Source of the DNA: an uncultured Planctomycetaceae bacterium
GTDB taxonomy: Bacteria; Planctomycetota; Phycisphaerae; SM23-33
Assembly: GCA_964428895.1 (NCBI GenBank)
Contig: CAYRZU010000002.1
Span: forward strand, 14,595 to 78,594
Direction: 5' to 3'
DNA: 64,000 nucleotides
A program made the position numbers and the translations under genes. The notes beneath the pieces were generated by a model. That model searched no databases and was not told the DNA's origin. It saw nothing but the letters and a program-made list of their open reading frames with translations. Shown here piece after piece: positions 44,787 through 54,118 of this stretch; within the stretch, counting starts at the first letter, position 1; each line of letters starts with the position of its first letter.

Positions 44787-46199
44787 ATGGCCAACTCCGA
44801 GCCGCGCCGCGAACGCTATCGACCTCAGTATCACTTCTCTATGAAGAAAGGCTGGATCAACGACCCCAACGGCCTGGTCTACTGTGACGGCTTGTACCAT
44901 CTGTTCTGCCAACACTATCCCGACGACATCTGTTGGGGCCCCATGCACTGGTCGCACGCCGTCAGCGACGATCTGGTCCACTGGAAAGAGCAACTGATTG
45001 CTCTGTTCCCGGACGAATTGGGCACGTGCTTCTCCGGTTCGGCGGCGGTGGACTGGCACAACACCAGCGACCTGGGCGACGACGGTCGACCGCCGTTGCT
45101 GGCGTTCTACACGGCCGCGGGGGATTGCGTTGATCCGCCCCAGCCGACCACGCAGGCCTTGGCGTTTTCGACCGACGGTGGCAAGACGTGGAAGAAGTTC
45201 GGCGGCAATCCCGTTCTGGGTCACGTCATCGGCGGCAACCGCGACCCCAAGGTCTTTTGGCATGAGCCAACTGGCCGATGGATCATGGTTCTCTATCTGG
45301 ACGTCAACACGTTCGGCCTGTTCGCCTCGCCCGACGCGAAGACCTGGGAAGAGCTCAGCCGCTTCGACGTCCCCGGCAACTGCGAATGCCCCGACCTGTT
45401 CGAGATGCCCGTCGTCGGCGACGCCGATCGCCGCAAGTGGATCTTCCTGTCCGGGGCCGGCCGATGGGGCGACGGCGACTGCGCGCGATATGTGGTCGGA
45501 TCGTTCGACGGCGTTGCCTTCACGGCCGAGTCCGATCCCATCCCCATCGAAGACGGCGGCTGGAACTATTCCACCCAGACCTTCTCCGACGCACCCGACG
45601 GCCGACGCATCTTCATTGGCTGGTCATCCACGCCGTTCGGCGGCGAGGGCGCCTTGCCCGGTAATCCATTCAACGGCCAATACCACGTGCCCTGGGAATT
45701 GAGCTTGGTCGATACCGAGGAAGGCCTGCGCCTTGCGCGGGGGCCGGTCGACGAAGTGGCGTCGCTGCGCCAAACCCCGGTGCAATGGCCCGCCGGGGAG
45801 CTCGCGCCCGGCCGTCACGCGGTCGGCGGCCTGGACAGCCGCAGTGTCGATATCGAGTGCGTGATCGAGCCCGGCCAGGCGACGGGCATTGGCTTCCGGG
45901 CCGAAGGCGTGGACATCGTTCACTATGACGTCGCGTCGCAAAGGATGCGGGTCCTCGACCGCGAACACGCTTGGCCCTTGGAGGCCGATGGTACGCTGAC
46001 GCTCCGTGTGCTGTTCGACGTCAACTGCGTGGAGGTCTTTGGCCGCAACGGCCTGAAGGTGATGACCAGCGTCTACTCGCCGAAGACGCTCGAGTGCCTA
46101 GATGAGGCCCAGCCGCCTCTGAGTGTGGCGGTCACGGGCGGCCCGGCAGGCGTGGATCGCATGGCCGTCTACCCGATGCGAAGCATTTGGGAAGCATAG
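44787..46199 (+). CDS. GH32 family beta-fructofuranosidase/fructan hydrolase
   Basis: RPQYHFSMKKGWINDPNGL (NDPNG), RDPKVFW (RDP), NCECPDLF (EC): the three GH32 signature motifs. RBS AAGGGA. Confidence 0.85.
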   Translation: MANSEPRRERYRPQYHFSMKKGWINDPNGLVYCDGLYHLFCQHYPDDICWGPMHWSHAVSDDLVHWKEQLIALFPDELGTCFSGSAAVDWHNTSDLGDDGRPPLLAFYTAAGDCVDPPQPTTQALAFSTDGGKTWKKFGGNPVLGHVIGGNRDPKVFWHEPTGRWIMVLYLDVNTFGLFASPDAKTWEELSRFDVPGNCECPDLFEMPVVGDADRRKWIFLSGAGRWGDGDCARYVVGSFDGVAFTAESDPIPIEDGGWNYSTQTFSDAPDGRRIFIGWSSTPFGGEGALPGNPFNGQYHVPWELSLVDTEEGLRLARGPVDEVASLRQTPVQWPAGELAPGRHAVGGLDSRSVDIECVIEPGQATGIGFRAEGVDIVHYDVASQRMRVLDREHAWPLEADGTLTLRVLFDVNCVEVFGRNGLKVMTSVYSPKTLECLDEAQPPLSVAVTGGPAGVDRMAVYPMRSIWEA

Positions 46200-46208
46200 G
46201 CCGGTAGG

Positions 46209-47168
46209 CTACGGCCGGCCGGACGCAACGGCCAGCCCCGTCTGCCACTCATTGCCCCGTCGCCCGGCGTAGATCATGGTGTAGGTCCGGCCGGTCTGGA
46301 TGACCTGGGGCGTCAGCACACCGTCGCAATCCCAGGCGCTCGTGTCGGTCGAGGGGACGAACACCGGGTTGAGCGGGCTGGGCTCGAAGGTGCGGAAGTC
46401 TCGCGTCCGCACGTGGCCGATGCGGCAGACCTCGCCGTCACAGCCGCCGTAGAGCATGTGGATGTACTCCGGGCCGACGAACAACTCCGCCTCGCGCACG
46501 CCGAAGCTGTCCCACCATTGGCCCGTGCCGGTGAAGACGGGGTTGGCCGGATTCTTGGTTACGTTGGCCGGGTCGCTGATCGGGGCGGTGGCGTGGCAGA
46601 TGGTGCAGTCGGCCTCGCACGAGCCGGTCGGCCTGCCGGTGTAGACGATGTGAATGGTCTCGCCCACCACCGCCACGGATGGATGCGTAGCGCCCCATTT
46701 CTCGTGCTCGGTGTCGGCCAGGATGACGGGCCCGGTCCCAACGCGCCGCCACTGGCCGAGATCGCCGTCGCTGACCAGCAGGCCCGTTTGTTCAGGCGAG
46801 CCATGACCTTCGCCGCGGTAGTACATGTAGGTCTTCCCGTCCGCCGGATTGCGGAAGGGGAAGGGGTACTCGACGGACTTGTTGTCCCAGGCGGCCGCGG
46901 CCGGGGTGAAGATGGGGTTGCGTGGATCGTGCTCGACCTGCCAGGGCTTGTCGGCGGGAGCGGCGCTGTGCATCAGCACCCACCGGTCGTCCCGGTTCCA
47001 ACCCCAAATATAATGAACCGTCTCGTCGACCACGATGCCGTGAGCGGCGGCCGCCCACTGAGGCGGCGGACAGGCGAGGATGGGGTTGCCCTCGGCGATC
47101 CGCTCGAAACTCGCGAAGAGCTCGAACGGAAGGGCGTGGATTCCCGTTGAGTCTGTGGCGTCGCTCAT
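46209..47168 (-). CDS. Five-bladed beta-propeller glycoside hydrolase-like protein (GH43/GH130-like)
   Basis: NPIL/NPIF/NPVF motifs and W..DP-type blades. Its ATG overlaps the TGA of the upstream gene (ATGA). Family call is tentative. Confidence 0.45.
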   Translation of the reverse strand: MSDATDSTGIHALPFELFASFERIAEGNPILACPPPQWAAAAHGIVVDETVHYIWGWNRDDRWVLMHSAAPADKPWQVEHDPRNPIFTPAAAAWDNKSVEYPFPFRNPADGKTYMYYRGEGHGSPEQTGLLVSDGDLGQWRRVGTGPVILADTEHEKWGATHPSVAVVGETIHIVYTGRPTGSCEADCTICHATAPISDPANVTKNPANPVFTGTGQWWDSFGVREAELFVGPEYIHMLYGGCDGEVCRIGHVRTRDFRTFEPSPLNPVFVPSTDTSAWDCDGVLTPQVIQTGRTYTMIYAGRRGNEWQTGLAVASGRP

Positions 47169-48775
47169 ACGTTCCCCTGTCCGATGGTGTCTGTCGGCCC
47201 GGCCAATCCAGGGCCGCCGGCGGCGACGTAGCCGTGGCTGGGGCCGGAGGCGTCGGGGCTAACCCAGAAAGCGTAGAGCTTGCCGCGGGTCAGGTAAAAG
47301 CGGAATCGCACGGTTTGTCCGGCGAGTGTCGCCAAGTCAGCTCCATTCCAGGTTACCGGTGTGCAGGTTGTGTCGGCGGAGACGGCGTTGCAGTTGGCCG
47401 GTGTGAACGGTTCGATCGGCGCGCCGTCTTCAGCCAGCACGTCCACTCTCAACTCGCCGGTGGGGCAGTCGACGTTGACGTGGAGTATCGCGCCGGTGAA
47501 GGTCACCGGGCGGGTGGTTAGTATTCCGCCTTGAGCGTCGGCGTCCATGGACGCGAAGCCGTCCCGGCGCAGGATCGCCAGCCCCGTGCTGGCGCGGCCG
47601 TGCAGGCCGGTAGCGTCCTTGGCCCGGGCGGACACGTAGACGTAGAGCTTCTCGCCGACGATCAGACACCCTCCGCCGGCCGACTGAATGTTGCCGTAGT
47701 TGAACAGGCCCTCGTCCCAACTGGCCGCAATAAATCGCTGGCGGCTGGGCCGGTCCCAATGGAAGCCGTCACGGCTGAAGGCGACCAGAACGTCGCAGCG
47801 TTTTTGAAGGCCTCGCTCGGCCACGGCGTGGTTTTCCGGGCCGGTCCAGATGGTGAACAGGCCGAGCATGAGGCTTTCGTAGGCGGCGGCGTCGAGGTTG
47901 TACAGCTCGGGCTTGATCTGGCCGAACTCGCCGACGGGGTTGGGCGGATCGAGATCGTCGGCGTTGGCCCAGTAGACCGAGTCACCCACGACCGTCATCC
48001 GTTCGTTAGGAGGAATCTTCTCGACCAGCCGTTTGGGGTCGGCGTCTTCCAGGTAGGCCCGCGCGCGGCCGATGACCGGGCCGTGAATGCGCTGGCTGAG
48101 GCACCAGACCTTTCGGAACGGGTTGTAGAAGGTGGTCGTGCGGTCGCCCCACATCGGCGTGGCGGCGATCGGCTCGGACCAACGGACGCCGTCAGCGCTG
48201 GCCCGATACGTGTAGTGCCATCCTTCGCGTTTCTCCGTGGCGAAGTACTTGAAGCGCTCGGACGGGTCGGCGGCGGGGTCGAGCCAGACCGTGGTCGAGT
48301 CGGTGTGGCCGACGTCCAGGACCACGTTGGACCCGTCCAGGGCTTTGCTTCGTAGCTCGATGCCGTCGAGCGCGGGCTTGCGCCAGGTCACGCCGTCGGC
48401 GCTGGTCGCGTAGGATAGCCAGCGGTTGATCCAACCTTCGTTCCCGGCGGAATACCACATCTTGAAGAGCTTGTCGGCCGGGTCGTACCACACGCCTCCG
48501 CTGTAGGGACAGGCCGCGTTGCTGTCACCGGCGGGCTCCCAGGGCTGATCGGGCGCGAGGACCGGATTGACGGCGTGGTATTCAGCGGCGTGGAACGTCC
48601 GGGTCAGCGTGGTGCGCTCGATCAGGAAATCGTCGACAAAGAGCTGACGGCCGAGGTCGATGGGGACGACCGCCGGGCGATCCTGCAGGTATGGAACCGG
48701 CATGGGCTCGCGGGTAAGGCCGTCGCGTTTCGGCGGCCATGGGACGGGCAGCTCGATGCCGTTGTAGAGGGTCAT
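47165..48775 (-). CDS. Beta-propeller/beta-sandwich glycoside hydrolase-like protein (GH43/GH32-superfamily-like), function unknown
   Basis: WYDPADKLFKMWYSAG-type blade motifs. Start chosen at ATG 48775 (MTLYNGIELPVPW). Confidence 0.4.
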   Translation of the reverse strand: MTLYNGIELPVPWPPKRDGLTREPMPVPYLQDRPAVVPIDLGRQLFVDDFLIERTTLTRTFHAAEYHAVNPVLAPDQPWEPAGDSNAACPYSGGVWYDPADKLFKMWYSAGNEGWINRWLSYATSADGVTWRKPALDGIELRSKALDGSNVVLDVGHTDSTTVWLDPAADPSERFKYFATEKREGWHYTYRASADGVRWSEPIAATPMWGDRTTTFYNPFRKVWCLSQRIHGPVIGRARAYLEDADPKRLVEKIPPNERMTVVGDSVYWANADDLDPPNPVGEFGQIKPELYNLDAAAYESLMLGLFTIWTGPENHAVAERGLQKRCDVLVAFSRDGFHWDRPSRQRFIAASWDEGLFNYGNIQSAGGGCLIVGEKLYVYVSARAKDATGLHGRASTGLAILRRDGFASMDADAQGGILTTRPVTFTGAILHVNVDCPTGELRVDVLAEDGAPIEPFTPANCNAVSADTTCTPVTWNGADLATLAGQTVRFRFYLTRGKLYAFWVSPDASGPSHGYVAAGGPGLAGPTDTIGQGNV

Positions 48776-48794
48776 GATCGGTTCGGGCGGCGCA

Positions 48795-50189
48795 TTACCA
48801 GGCCGTGATGCCGTCGCCCCATTCGAGGGGGGCGCTGCCATCGGGCATGGCGGGGTAGTCGGGCGCGCCGATGTCCGGGACCAGGTCGGCGATGTTGACG
48901 GGAACGCCTTCCAGAATGCTCTTACCCGCGGCCACGCCGGTCAGGATGGAATATGCGCCCGACCGCTGATCGGCGGCACGCTTCCACTTGTCCGGCTCGA
49001 CGGTGTCGGGGGCGAAGATCTCCTGCAGCATCACGGGGTCGGCCCCGTTGTGGCCGCCCGTGCCGGTCCAAAACTCGACGGAGTAAGGCGCCTTGAAGTG
49101 CGGGAAGACGGTGGTGTACGAGCCATCCTCGATGAACTCGTGGGGGACCGAGCCGTCTCCGCTGATGTAGGAGCTTTCCTTGACCTTGTGCTGCAGTCGG
49201 CCGCGCGTGCCGTTAAAGGAAATCGAGTAGCCCTCCCACGGCAGGTAGGCTGCCAGGGAGTAGTTCATCTGCGGCCCGCCGGCGTACTGGACGTTGACGT
49301 TCATGGTGTCCCAGATGTCGACGCCGGGGGTCATCGTGTCGCCGGCTTCGGGGGCGAAGATGCACTTGTCCCGCCAGTAGCCGTCGAAGCTCTCGCAGTC
49401 CTGGTAGAGGCCCTTGAGTTCTTCAGATGAGCCGATGTCGAGATAGAACTTGCAGACGCCTGCCTCCGGGCAGCCCGTGCAGCGCGGGCCGCGATTGGTC
49501 AGGCCGAGCCGGTCGGCGATCTCGGGCGTGTAGTACTTGCGGGCGCCGGTGGCGTAGACCGTTCGCGGCACGTCGGAGAGCCACCAGTGAGCCAGGTCAA
49601 AGTGGTGCGTGGCCTTGTGGACCAACAGGCTGCCGGAGTTGGCCCGGTTGCGGTGCCATCGCCGGAAGTAGTCGGCCCCGTGGTTGGTATCGAGCATCCA
49701 CTGGAAATCGACGGACAGGATCTCGCCCACCACGCCGTCCATCAGCAGGTCCTTGACCTGCGTGCGGATCGGGGCGTAGCGATAGTTGAAGGTCACCGTG
49801 ACCCGCTTGCCGGTGCGCCGTTGGGCATCCAGGATGGCCTGACACTTGACCTCGTCGGTGGTCAGGGGCTTTTCGATGATGACATCACAGCCGAGCTCCA
49901 TGGCGCGGACGATGTAGGTGTCATGATCGCAGTCCTTGGTGGCAATGACGACGCAATCGGGTGTGGTCTCGGCCACCATCTTGTCGAAGTCCGGTGCGTT
50001 GAAGCAGGGGACGTCCGCGCCCGCTTTGGCTGCGATAGCGGCGGTACGCTTGAGGCGGCCCTCATTGAGGTCGCACAGCCCGACCAACTCACAACGGTCT
50101 GCGTAGGTGTCGGTGATGGCCTCAACGTACATGCCCGACCGTAGGCCGACGCCCACGATGGCGTAGCGCTTCTTGGTTACAGCTTGCAC
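48795..50189 (-). CDS. Gfo/Idh/MocA family NAD(P)-dependent oxidoreductase
   Basis: KRYAIVGVGLRSG Rossmann N-terminus. EKP motif (IIEKPLT). C-terminal alpha/beta dimerisation region. Confidence 0.75.
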   Translation of the reverse strand: MQAVTKKRYAIVGVGLRSGMYVEAITDTYADRCELVGLCDLNEGRLKRTAAIAAKAGADVPCFNAPDFDKMVAETTPDCVVIATKDCDHDTYIVRAMELGCDVIIEKPLTTDEVKCQAILDAQRRTGKRVTVTFNYRYAPIRTQVKDLLMDGVVGEILSVDFQWMLDTNHGADYFRRWHRNRANSGSLLVHKATHHFDLAHWWLSDVPRTVYATGARKYYTPEIADRLGLTNRGPRCTGCPEAGVCKFYLDIGSSEELKGLYQDCESFDGYWRDKCIFAPEAGDTMTPGVDIWDTMNVNVQYAGGPQMNYSLAAYLPWEGYSISFNGTRGRLQHKVKESSYISGDGSVPHEFIEDGSYTTVFPHFKAPYSVEFWTGTGGHNGADPVMLQEIFAPDTVEPDKWKRAADQRSGAYSILTGVAAGKSILEGVPVNIADLVPDIGAPDYPAMPDGSAPLEWGDGITAW

Positions 50190-52702
50190 GTCAGGCTCCT
50201 TCCGGCAGTCAGCTTGCGCCCACGGCCGAGCGTGACCGCGCCCTTGCCCGTCAGCTCGAAGGACTTCAGTTCGAGTTGGCCGTGAAGCACCTTCAGTTCC
50301 ACCCGCGTACCGGTCTTGGCCGGCTTCTGCGTGACGGTGCCCCAGGCGTAACCGTTCGACCAGAAGAAGGTGGACGCTTTGTCCGTGGCGGCAAAGGCCA
50401 TGCGCTTGGTGACGCCCGAATACTCAAAGCCGGTCAACGCTGTTACCGCCGCCCAGCTTGCCATGGCTCGGCCGTAATGGTGGCCGCACTCGGCCTCGTT
50501 GAAGGGGCTTCGTCGGCGACCGTCGTAGCGGTCGCGGATGTCCTTGATGCAGGTCAGGCCCTTGGCGAGCTGACCTTCCTGCAGCATGTGGACGGCCGCG
50601 GTGTATTCAAAGCCCGTCATGACATCGCCCTGACCGGGCACGGGGATCCTCGGCCGTCCACCCTTGGGGTAGGCCGCGATCAGCAGGGCCGATTCTTCGT
50701 TCAGGACGAACGAGTTGCGGTAGTTGACGTGGCCGAACATGTTCTCGCGGCGGTTGTACTTGAAGATGCTCCGCAGCGTCTTGCGGATGTTGGCGGGCCT
50801 GAGCAGGTAGCCCAGTCCGCACACGTGCGCCATGAACTGACCGGCCAGTTGGTCGACCAGGCACCCCGGACCGAGCTGGAACGGGGGGTCCTTCAAATCG
50901 ATGTCGGCATTGGCGAGCAAGCCCTTGGCCACGTTGGAGGCCTTGCCGGGCGGGATGATCTGCTGCTCGTAGTATTCGCCGTTGAAGAGATTCTCGTCGG
51001 TCCACTCTCGGCCGCGCTGGAACAGGTCGCGACATTTCTCGGCGAAATCATCCTCGCCCAGGTAGCGGGCCATTTCCTCGCTCGCCCGCAGTGCGCCGAG
51101 GTACCAGGTCTGGCACAGCGGGTTGGGGCCGAAATACTCGGTGTCGAGCGTGTGGTGCTGGGCGCCTTCCATGACGCCGTCCTGGTCGCCGTCCCAGCCC
51201 TTGGGGATCCAGCAGAACTCCATCGCTCGCTTGGCGGCGGGCCAATAGCGCTGCAGCACCGCATCGTCGCCGGCGAGTTGCCAGTCTCGGTAAAGCTTCA
51301 TGATGCAGCCGAGCTGCCCGTCAGTGGCGGCCCAGTTGTAGCAGCCGGGCTCGGCCAGCAGGTGGCCCGGGCGGAAGTCCATGTGCCCGTCTTTGCGGGT
51401 GGCGTCGATGAACTCGACCTCTCGCATGGTCAGCGCCAGGTCGCCGAACAGGTAGCTGGTGGCCTGCTCGTAATTCCACACGTGGGTGCACGAGCCGTTG
51501 CAGCACCCGGCGGTGTCGAAACAGCCCTCCCACGCGTAGAGCTTGCCGTCCGAGAGGCGGAAGCACGTTTGGGTCCGCAGCGTGGAGGCGTTGTAGAGGG
51601 CGGCCTCCTTGACCACGTCGGGCAGGTCGCTGTCGCAGAAGCTGCGAACGAAGCTGAGCGTCCGGGCCTCCAGCTTCGACAGCTCGGGCAGCGTCTTGGC
51701 GGCGACGTCCCAGGCGTTGCGGTACTGCATGGTGTAGTAGTTGCCGATCTGATCGTTCGGCGGATCGCAACAGGTGTGCTTGGGTCCGTATGGATCGCCC
51801 GGCCAGGCGATGCGGTTGGGGAAGTGCCACGTCAGCAGGAAGGTGAAGGTCTTCTCGCCGCGGGCGGGGATCGTCTGCTTAACCGCCAGCGAGCCGCGCG
51901 GCCCGGAGACGTTGCGATCGCGCTTGCGAGGGGTGAGCTTGCCGTCGGCGCCGAAGTCGTCGAAGAAGTCCAATACCGTGTGGCCCCACCAGCGGTGGAC
52001 CCAGGCCGTCCGGTGCGTGACGCCGGCCTTGGCGGTGGTGGCCAGGGCCATCGTGCCGAAGCACTCGGAGTGGTCGGGCACTTCGCGTGAGGTCATGTAG
52101 ATGCCGCGAAGACCATTGGCGTCCTTGAAGGTGTTGACGTTCTCGCCCACCTTGCCGTTCGTGCCGTCCGTGCCGATGGTGTTCTGCACCGTGCCGGCGA
52201 CCGAGGCCTGCACGGGACGATTGGTCTTGTTGCGGACCACGAACCGCATGACGGCCATCGGAATGCTGCTGGCGTCGGTGTCGCCGGGGATGAAGGGGTT
52301 GAACGCTTCGATGCGCACGTCGACCGGCACGTCCGGATCGCTCAGTAGCACCTGGCCGAACGGATAGGCCGCGTGGAACTCGGCGTTGCGGAAGCGGGGC
52401 AGGTAATGGTTGCGCGCTTGGCTGCCGAGGAAGCCCTCGTACTCATGGTGTTCGAGCAGGCCTTCCAGGCCGTAGGTCACCGGCGCCTTGCCAGCTTCCT
52501 TCGCGAACAGGGCGAAGAAGGTATCCCGCGGGGCGTAGCCCTTGGCCGGGCGGTTCAGGATTTCCCAGTCGCGCAGGTCGCCGCGGCCGCCCAGGGACAC
52601 GGTGCCCGTGCCGATGCCGCCCAGCGGCAGGGCGATGCGGGTGAGGTGATCGTGGTCGTAGCTGGTCAGGACGGGCCAATCGGGGTTCAATCGTTTGCTC
52701 AT
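50177..52702 (-). CDS. GH116-family (GBA2-type) beta-glycosidase
   Basis: Start ATG 52702 (MSKRLNPDW...) after GAGGA. LPLGGIGTGTVSLGGRGDLRDWEI N-terminal GH116 motif. A Cys-rich WEGCFDTAGCCNGSCTHVWNYEQA segment in the catalytic domain. About 840 aa. Confidence 0.7.
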   Translation of the reverse strand: MSKRLNPDWPVLTSYDHDHLTRIALPLGGIGTGTVSLGGRGDLRDWEILNRPAKGYAPRDTFFALFAKEAGKAPVTYGLEGLLEHHEYEGFLGSQARNHYLPRFRNAEFHAAYPFGQVLLSDPDVPVDVRIEAFNPFIPGDTDASSIPMAVMRFVVRNKTNRPVQASVAGTVQNTIGTDGTNGKVGENVNTFKDANGLRGIYMTSREVPDHSECFGTMALATTAKAGVTHRTAWVHRWWGHTVLDFFDDFGADGKLTPRKRDRNVSGPRGSLAVKQTIPARGEKTFTFLLTWHFPNRIAWPGDPYGPKHTCCDPPNDQIGNYYTMQYRNAWDVAAKTLPELSKLEARTLSFVRSFCDSDLPDVVKEAALYNASTLRTQTCFRLSDGKLYAWEGCFDTAGCCNGSCTHVWNYEQATSYLFGDLALTMREVEFIDATRKDGHMDFRPGHLLAEPGCYNWAATDGQLGCIMKLYRDWQLAGDDAVLQRYWPAAKRAMEFCWIPKGWDGDQDGVMEGAQHHTLDTEYFGPNPLCQTWYLGALRASEEMARYLGEDDFAEKCRDLFQRGREWTDENLFNGEYYEQQIIPPGKASNVAKGLLANADIDLKDPPFQLGPGCLVDQLAGQFMAHVCGLGYLLRPANIRKTLRSIFKYNRRENMFGHVNYRNSFVLNEESALLIAAYPKGGRPRIPVPGQGDVMTGFEYTAAVHMLQEGQLAKGLTCIKDIRDRYDGRRRSPFNEAECGHHYGRAMASWAAVTALTGFEYSGVTKRMAFAATDKASTFFWSNGYAWGTVTQKPAKTGTRVELKVLHGQLELKSFELTGKGAVTLGRGRKLTAGRSLTCKL

Positions 52703-52715
52703 GGGTGTCCTCAGT

Positions 52716-54104
52716 CTAGGTCCAGGGGTCGGACCATCGGTTGACGCAGGTGTCGTTGGCTTCGTAGTAGTGGCCCAGGCCGTCCCGGGCAAGGTAGGCC
52801 TCGCCGCGGAGGAACTCATCGCCCAGGGCGTCGAGCCGTTCCTGCAGCCGGCGCTCCAAGTCGGCTTGGCGCGCCGCGTGTTCGGGTTGGCCTATAAGGT
52901 TGTTCATTTGGTACGGGTCGGCCTCGTTGTCGTACAGTAGCCATGGGCCGCTGGTATTTCGGACGTAGGTATACCGGATTGTCCGCAGGCCGCGATACGG
53001 TTTCATGCCCATTAAGCGAAGTTCATGGAAAGCGGCGGGCATGAGCAGCAGGGCGGCGTCATCGGGGTCGGGCGTGCGATCCCCTCGAAGGGTCGGCGAG
53101 AAGTCGTGGCCTTCGACGGTTTCGGGAATCGGCAGATCGCACAGGCCCAGCAAGGTGGGCATGATGTCCGGCGCATCCAACGGCAGGGGCAGTTCGGCGC
53201 CTTGGGCTAGTCCGGGGCCGCGGAGCAGGAACGGCACGCGGATGGATTCATCCCACGGGAACAGCTTGGTGTTTAGCGCGTGGGACTGTCGCATGTCGCC
53301 GTGGTCGGAGGTGAAGACCACGATGGTGTCGTCGGCGAGGCCCGCGGCGTCGATGGCGTCCAGCACGATCTTCATGCAATCGTCGAGCGCGGCGATGTGG
53401 GCGTAGTAGCCCCGAAGCTCGGCCGCTGCCTGCTCTCGCAATTCCGGCGGCACGTTGGGGCGGAGCTCGATCTCGCGCTCGGCATAACGGTCCTGGTATT
53501 CGGCCGGCGCCGAGTCCAACGGGAAGTGCGGCGGGCCCCACGACAGCATCATTAGGAACGGTGTGTCGGCGCCGGCTTCGGCGTGATCCTTTATATAGGC
53601 GGCGGCGTCGCGACTTTGGGCGAATGCGTCGTAGTCCCCCCAGGGGCGGGGTGTGGGGTCATCGTTGAAGAAGTAGTGGGAGTCGTTGTAGTCGTGGGTG
53701 CACTCGAACCCCTTCCAGTAGTCGAATCCCAACTGGTCGTCGCGCGGGACGAACGCACTGCGGCGGCCGTACTGGCCGTCCGGACTGCCGTAGACGTGCC
53801 ACTTGCCGATATAGGCGGTGTCGTAGCCGCCGGCTTGGAAGGCCCGGGCGATGGAGTGGCAGCCGGGATCAAGCTCCACGTCGTTGATGTAGACCCCGTG
53901 GGTCAGCGGGTATTGGCCCGTTAGCAGGCTGGCCCGGTACGGGCAGCACACCGGTGCGCCGGCGACGGCGTGGGTGATGTTGACGCTCTGGGCGGCCAGC
54001 CGATCCAGCACGGGGGTCTCGCAATTAGGGTCGCCATTGAAGCCCGTGGCCTGCATCCGCCACTCGTCACCAAAGACAAACACCACGTTCGGTTTCCGCG
54101 ACAC
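52716..54104 (-). CDS. Formylglycine-dependent sulfatase (Cys-type)
   Basis: GTG start 54104 after GAGGAGGA. VCCPYRASLLTG (C-x-P-x-R). GKWH. Confidence 0.85.
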   Translation of the reverse strand: MSRKPNVVFVFGDEWRMQATGFNGDPNCETPVLDRLAAQSVNITHAVAGAPVCCPYRASLLTGQYPLTHGVYINDVELDPGCHSIARAFQAGGYDTAYIGKWHVYGSPDGQYGRRSAFVPRDDQLGFDYWKGFECTHDYNDSHYFFNDDPTPRPWGDYDAFAQSRDAAAYIKDHAEAGADTPFLMMLSWGPPHFPLDSAPAEYQDRYAEREIELRPNVPPELREQAAAELRGYYAHIAALDDCMKIVLDAIDAAGLADDTIVVFTSDHGDMRQSHALNTKLFPWDESIRVPFLLRGPGLAQGAELPLPLDAPDIMPTLLGLCDLPIPETVEGHDFSPTLRGDRTPDPDDAALLLMPAAFHELRLMGMKPYRGLRTIRYTYVRNTSGPWLLYDNEADPYQMNNLIGQPEHAARQADLERRLQERLDALGDEFLRGEAYLARDGLGHYYEANDTCVNRWSDPWT

Positions 54105-54118
54105 CGATCAAATCCTCC

